From assembly GCA_035291825.1 (NCBI GenBank), contig DATDRI010000439.1, forward strand, positions 1-37,356: a DNA stretch of 37,356 bases. The letters are read 5' to 3'. Below the pieces are notes generated by a model. That model was not told the DNA's origin. It ran no database searches and saw only the letters and a list, made by a program, of their open reading frames with translations. How positions within the stretch are numbered: the stretch's first letter is position 1; each line of letters starts with the position of its first letter. The translations under genes were made by a program, and so were the position numbers. Shown piece by piece: positions 35,525-37,356 of this stretch. This DNA comes from Vicinamibacteria bacterium. Lineage in GTDB: Bacteria; Acidobacteriota; Vicinamibacteria; Marinacidobacterales; DATDRI01.

Positions 35525-36682
35525 ATGATACAGGCAGTGCTCCTGGCCGCCGGACGCTCGACTCGCACCTACCCGCTGACCGCCACGCGCCCCAAACCCC
35601 TGATCCCGCTACTGGGACGGGCGTTGTTGGAGCACCTTCTTCTTCAAATCGAAGGCTGGGTGGATGAAGCCATCCTGGTGGTTGGATATCGAGCCGATGC
35701 CATTCGCAACCATCTTGGTTCACGCTTCGGCTCCCTTCCGCTCCGTTACCTCGAGCAGCGAGAGCAGCGGGGGACGGCCGACGCACTCTGCCAAGCCACC
35801 CCGCTGATCAAGGAACGCTGCCTGGTTCTGAACGGAGACGATCTCTACCATCGCCACGACTTGCAGGCGCTGTCCCGGCACCGGATCGCCATTCTGGTGA
35901 CTCCCGTCCCCGACCCGGAGAATCGGGCGGTGGTGACGATCGCCGGAGACCAGGTAGCCGAGATCGTGGAGAAGCCTCGCTCCGCCCCGTCGAACTCACT
36001 GGCGAGTGTGGGTGCGTATATGCTGGAACGCGAGTCTTTGGACAAGCTGGGACAGGTGCGGCCCAGCTCCCGCGGAGAGCTGGAGCTTCCTGACTTCATT
36101 CAAATGCTCGCCCGCGCATCGGTGGTGCGATACCACCGGATCGAGCGCTACTGGTTGCCGCTCACTTACTCCTGGGACGTCCTTCGCATCACCCTTTTCC
36201 TCCTGGAAGACGACGCGCGGGCACGCGAGTTCGGGGTGGTGGTTCCCAGTCCCGCGGAGCTTCGGGAAAGGCGAGACATCCATCTGGGAGTGGGGACAAC
36301 GATCGAGGGCCCCGTCCTCCTGGGAGGTGGAGTTACGCTGGGAAGCTTCTGCCGGCTGCGGGGACCGGCGGTCATCGCCGAAGGGTGTACGCTCGGTGAC
36401 CGCGTGGAGCTGGATCGTTCGGTTCTCTTTCGGGGAGCTCGGGTCTCGGACCTCGCCGTCGTTTCTCACTCCGTCCTGGGGGAGCTGGTTCGCATCGGGG
36501 CCCAAACGAGACTGCTGTCCGACCCCTCCCCTGGCCGAACCATCGGCGTCGACCTGAAGGGAAGCACCATCGACACCCGTCTCCATCGACTAGGCCTGGT
36601 GGCCGGAGATCGGGCGGTGGTGCCACCGGGCAGCGAGGTCCCAGCCGGAAGACTCCTCGACGCCGGAGCGTCCTGGGTCTAA
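35525..36682 (+). CDS. Sugar-1-phosphate nucleotidyltransferase with C-terminal left-handed beta-helix (archaeal/GlmU-like architecture)
   Basis: 385 aa. AVLLAAGRSTRTYPLTATRPKPLIPLLG, RGTADAL, NGDDLY, and a hexapeptide-repeat C-terminal half. Confidence 0.8.
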   Translation: MIQAVLLAAGRSTRTYPLTATRPKPLIPLLGRALLEHLLLQIEGWVDEAILVVGYRADAIRNHLGSRFGSLPLRYLEQREQRGTADALCQATPLIKERCLVLNGDDLYHRHDLQALSRHRIAILVTPVPDPENRAVVTIAGDQVAEIVEKPRSAPSNSLASVGAYMLERESLDKLGQVRPSSRGELELPDFIQMLARASVVRYHRIERYWLPLTYSWDVLRITLFLLEDDARAREFGVVVPSPAELRERRDIHLGVGTTIEGPVLLGGGVTLGSFCRLRGPAVIAEGCTLGDRVELDRSVLFRGARVSDLAVVSHSVLGELVRIGAQTRLLSDPSPGRTIGVDLKGSTIDTRLHRLGLVAGDRAVVPPGSEVPAGRLLDAGASWV

Positions 36683-37203
36683 CGGAGCCAGCCGGGCGGA
36701 ACACCGGCCCGGCGGGCATCTTCCCGGAGCTGCCTCAGGGCCTCACTCGCCGCATCGAGCTCCGCCTGGGATTGAGCGACCATGCCCTGAAGCTGCTCTA
36801 CGGAGGTAATGACCGCCTGGTTGTTCTCATCCACGAAATAGGCACCCGTAGTCAGATGGAGCTTGCTGAGAAGCTCGTGGCGCTTCCGCGCCTCTTCCAA
36901 CCGTTCGCGCGCCTCACTGTTCCTCCGGCGCCATTCCATCTCCTGCTGGGCGCGATCCGCTTCCGTGGAGGCGCGCGGCCCCGATTCCTGTGGTGCGGGG
37001 GCGGCCGTTCCGACTAGCGGCGGAGACGGCTGGTCGTCCGCTTCGCCCGCACCGACCTCCCCAATCACCAGCTGAGCCTTCTCCCCCCGTTTCCGGTTGT
37101 CATCACGACGCTCTTTCTCCTGCCGCGCCACGTCCGCCAGCGCCTGGCCGAGAGCCAGAGCCGGAAACAGGAGCAACACAAGGGCGAGATTCACCCTGGT
37201 CAT
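36679..37203 (-). CDS. Secreted hypothetical protein, charged/coiled-coil
   Basis: 174 aa. Signal peptide MTRVNLALVLLLFPALALGQALA. Arg/Glu-rich helical body. GGAGGC 3 nt upstream of the ATG. Its 3' end overlaps the convergent gene by 4 nt. I recognise no family. Confidence 0.5.
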   Translation of the reverse strand: MTRVNLALVLLLFPALALGQALADVARQEKERRDDNRKRGEKAQLVIGEVGAGEADDQPSPPLVGTAAPAPQESGPRASTEADRAQQEMEWRRRNSEARERLEEARKRHELLSKLHLTTGAYFVDENNQAVITSVEQLQGMVAQSQAELDAASEALRQLREDARRAGVPPGWLR

Positions 37204-37356
37204 GTTGCCTCCGTCCGTATTCAGTTGTGTTGGGATTAAATTTAGGATACCAGGTTCGGATCGACCTGTCTAGTCTCCCGACATGTGTGGGAAAAACGTG
37301 TCACGACGATGTCTCCCGCTTGAATCCACCCAGGCGATCCAGCGCTAGAATCAAGG

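Noticed and set aside
37204-37356. AT-richer terminal 150 bp with a 21-codon plus-strand ORF (ATG 37283).
   Set aside because: The ORF is too short and has no Shine-Dalgarno or motif. The region is most simply the promoter and 5' region of the minus-strand secreted-protein gene. The window edge prevents further interpretation.

Overview
GC-rich bacterial chromosomal segment from a diderm (LptF/G permease and an outer-membrane beta-barrel are present). It is almost fully coding, and many junctions are translationally coupled (ATGA or TGATG overlaps). I checked start codons by hand; the ORF track prints GTG and TTG starts as M.

Layout:
- 1-13.6 kb, minus strand: a housekeeping run of smc, a CYTH protein, a sugar-1-P nucleotidyltransferase, an APH-fold kinase, asnS, rimO, a terminator, then rimP-nusA-infB. 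infB runs off the left edge and is missing from the ORF track.
- 13.8-22.8 kb: a fused lptF-lptG permease, a membrane-anchored PHP metallohydrolase, metK-ahcY, and a large GT-C-like membrane protein.

Two accessory-looking modules stand out:
1. 22.9-28.3 kb: a tightly coupled cassette with no obvious substrate or pathway context. It encodes a soluble C39-like papain-fold Cys peptidase, a RimK-type ATP-grasp ligase with an RLAN-like N-domain, a GCS2/YbdK carboxylate-amine ligase and a DUF2179 membrane protein. A second ATP-grasp ligase converges on its 3' end.
2. 28.4-35.4 kb: an iron module. feoB, a DtxR-family repressor with a FeoA domain, and fur form one coupled operon. Next comes a Fur-box-like operator, a perfect 33-bp duplication of a ribosome-binding site plus start codon, and an operon of OM porin, FMN_bind protein (TGAT flavinylation motif), a His-rich 4-TM protein and ApbE flavin transferase. 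I read this as a candidate periplasmic flavin-based reductive iron-uptake system.

I saw no rRNA, tRNA, CRISPR array, transposase or integrase. All family assignments come from motif recognition by eye, and no database search was run.
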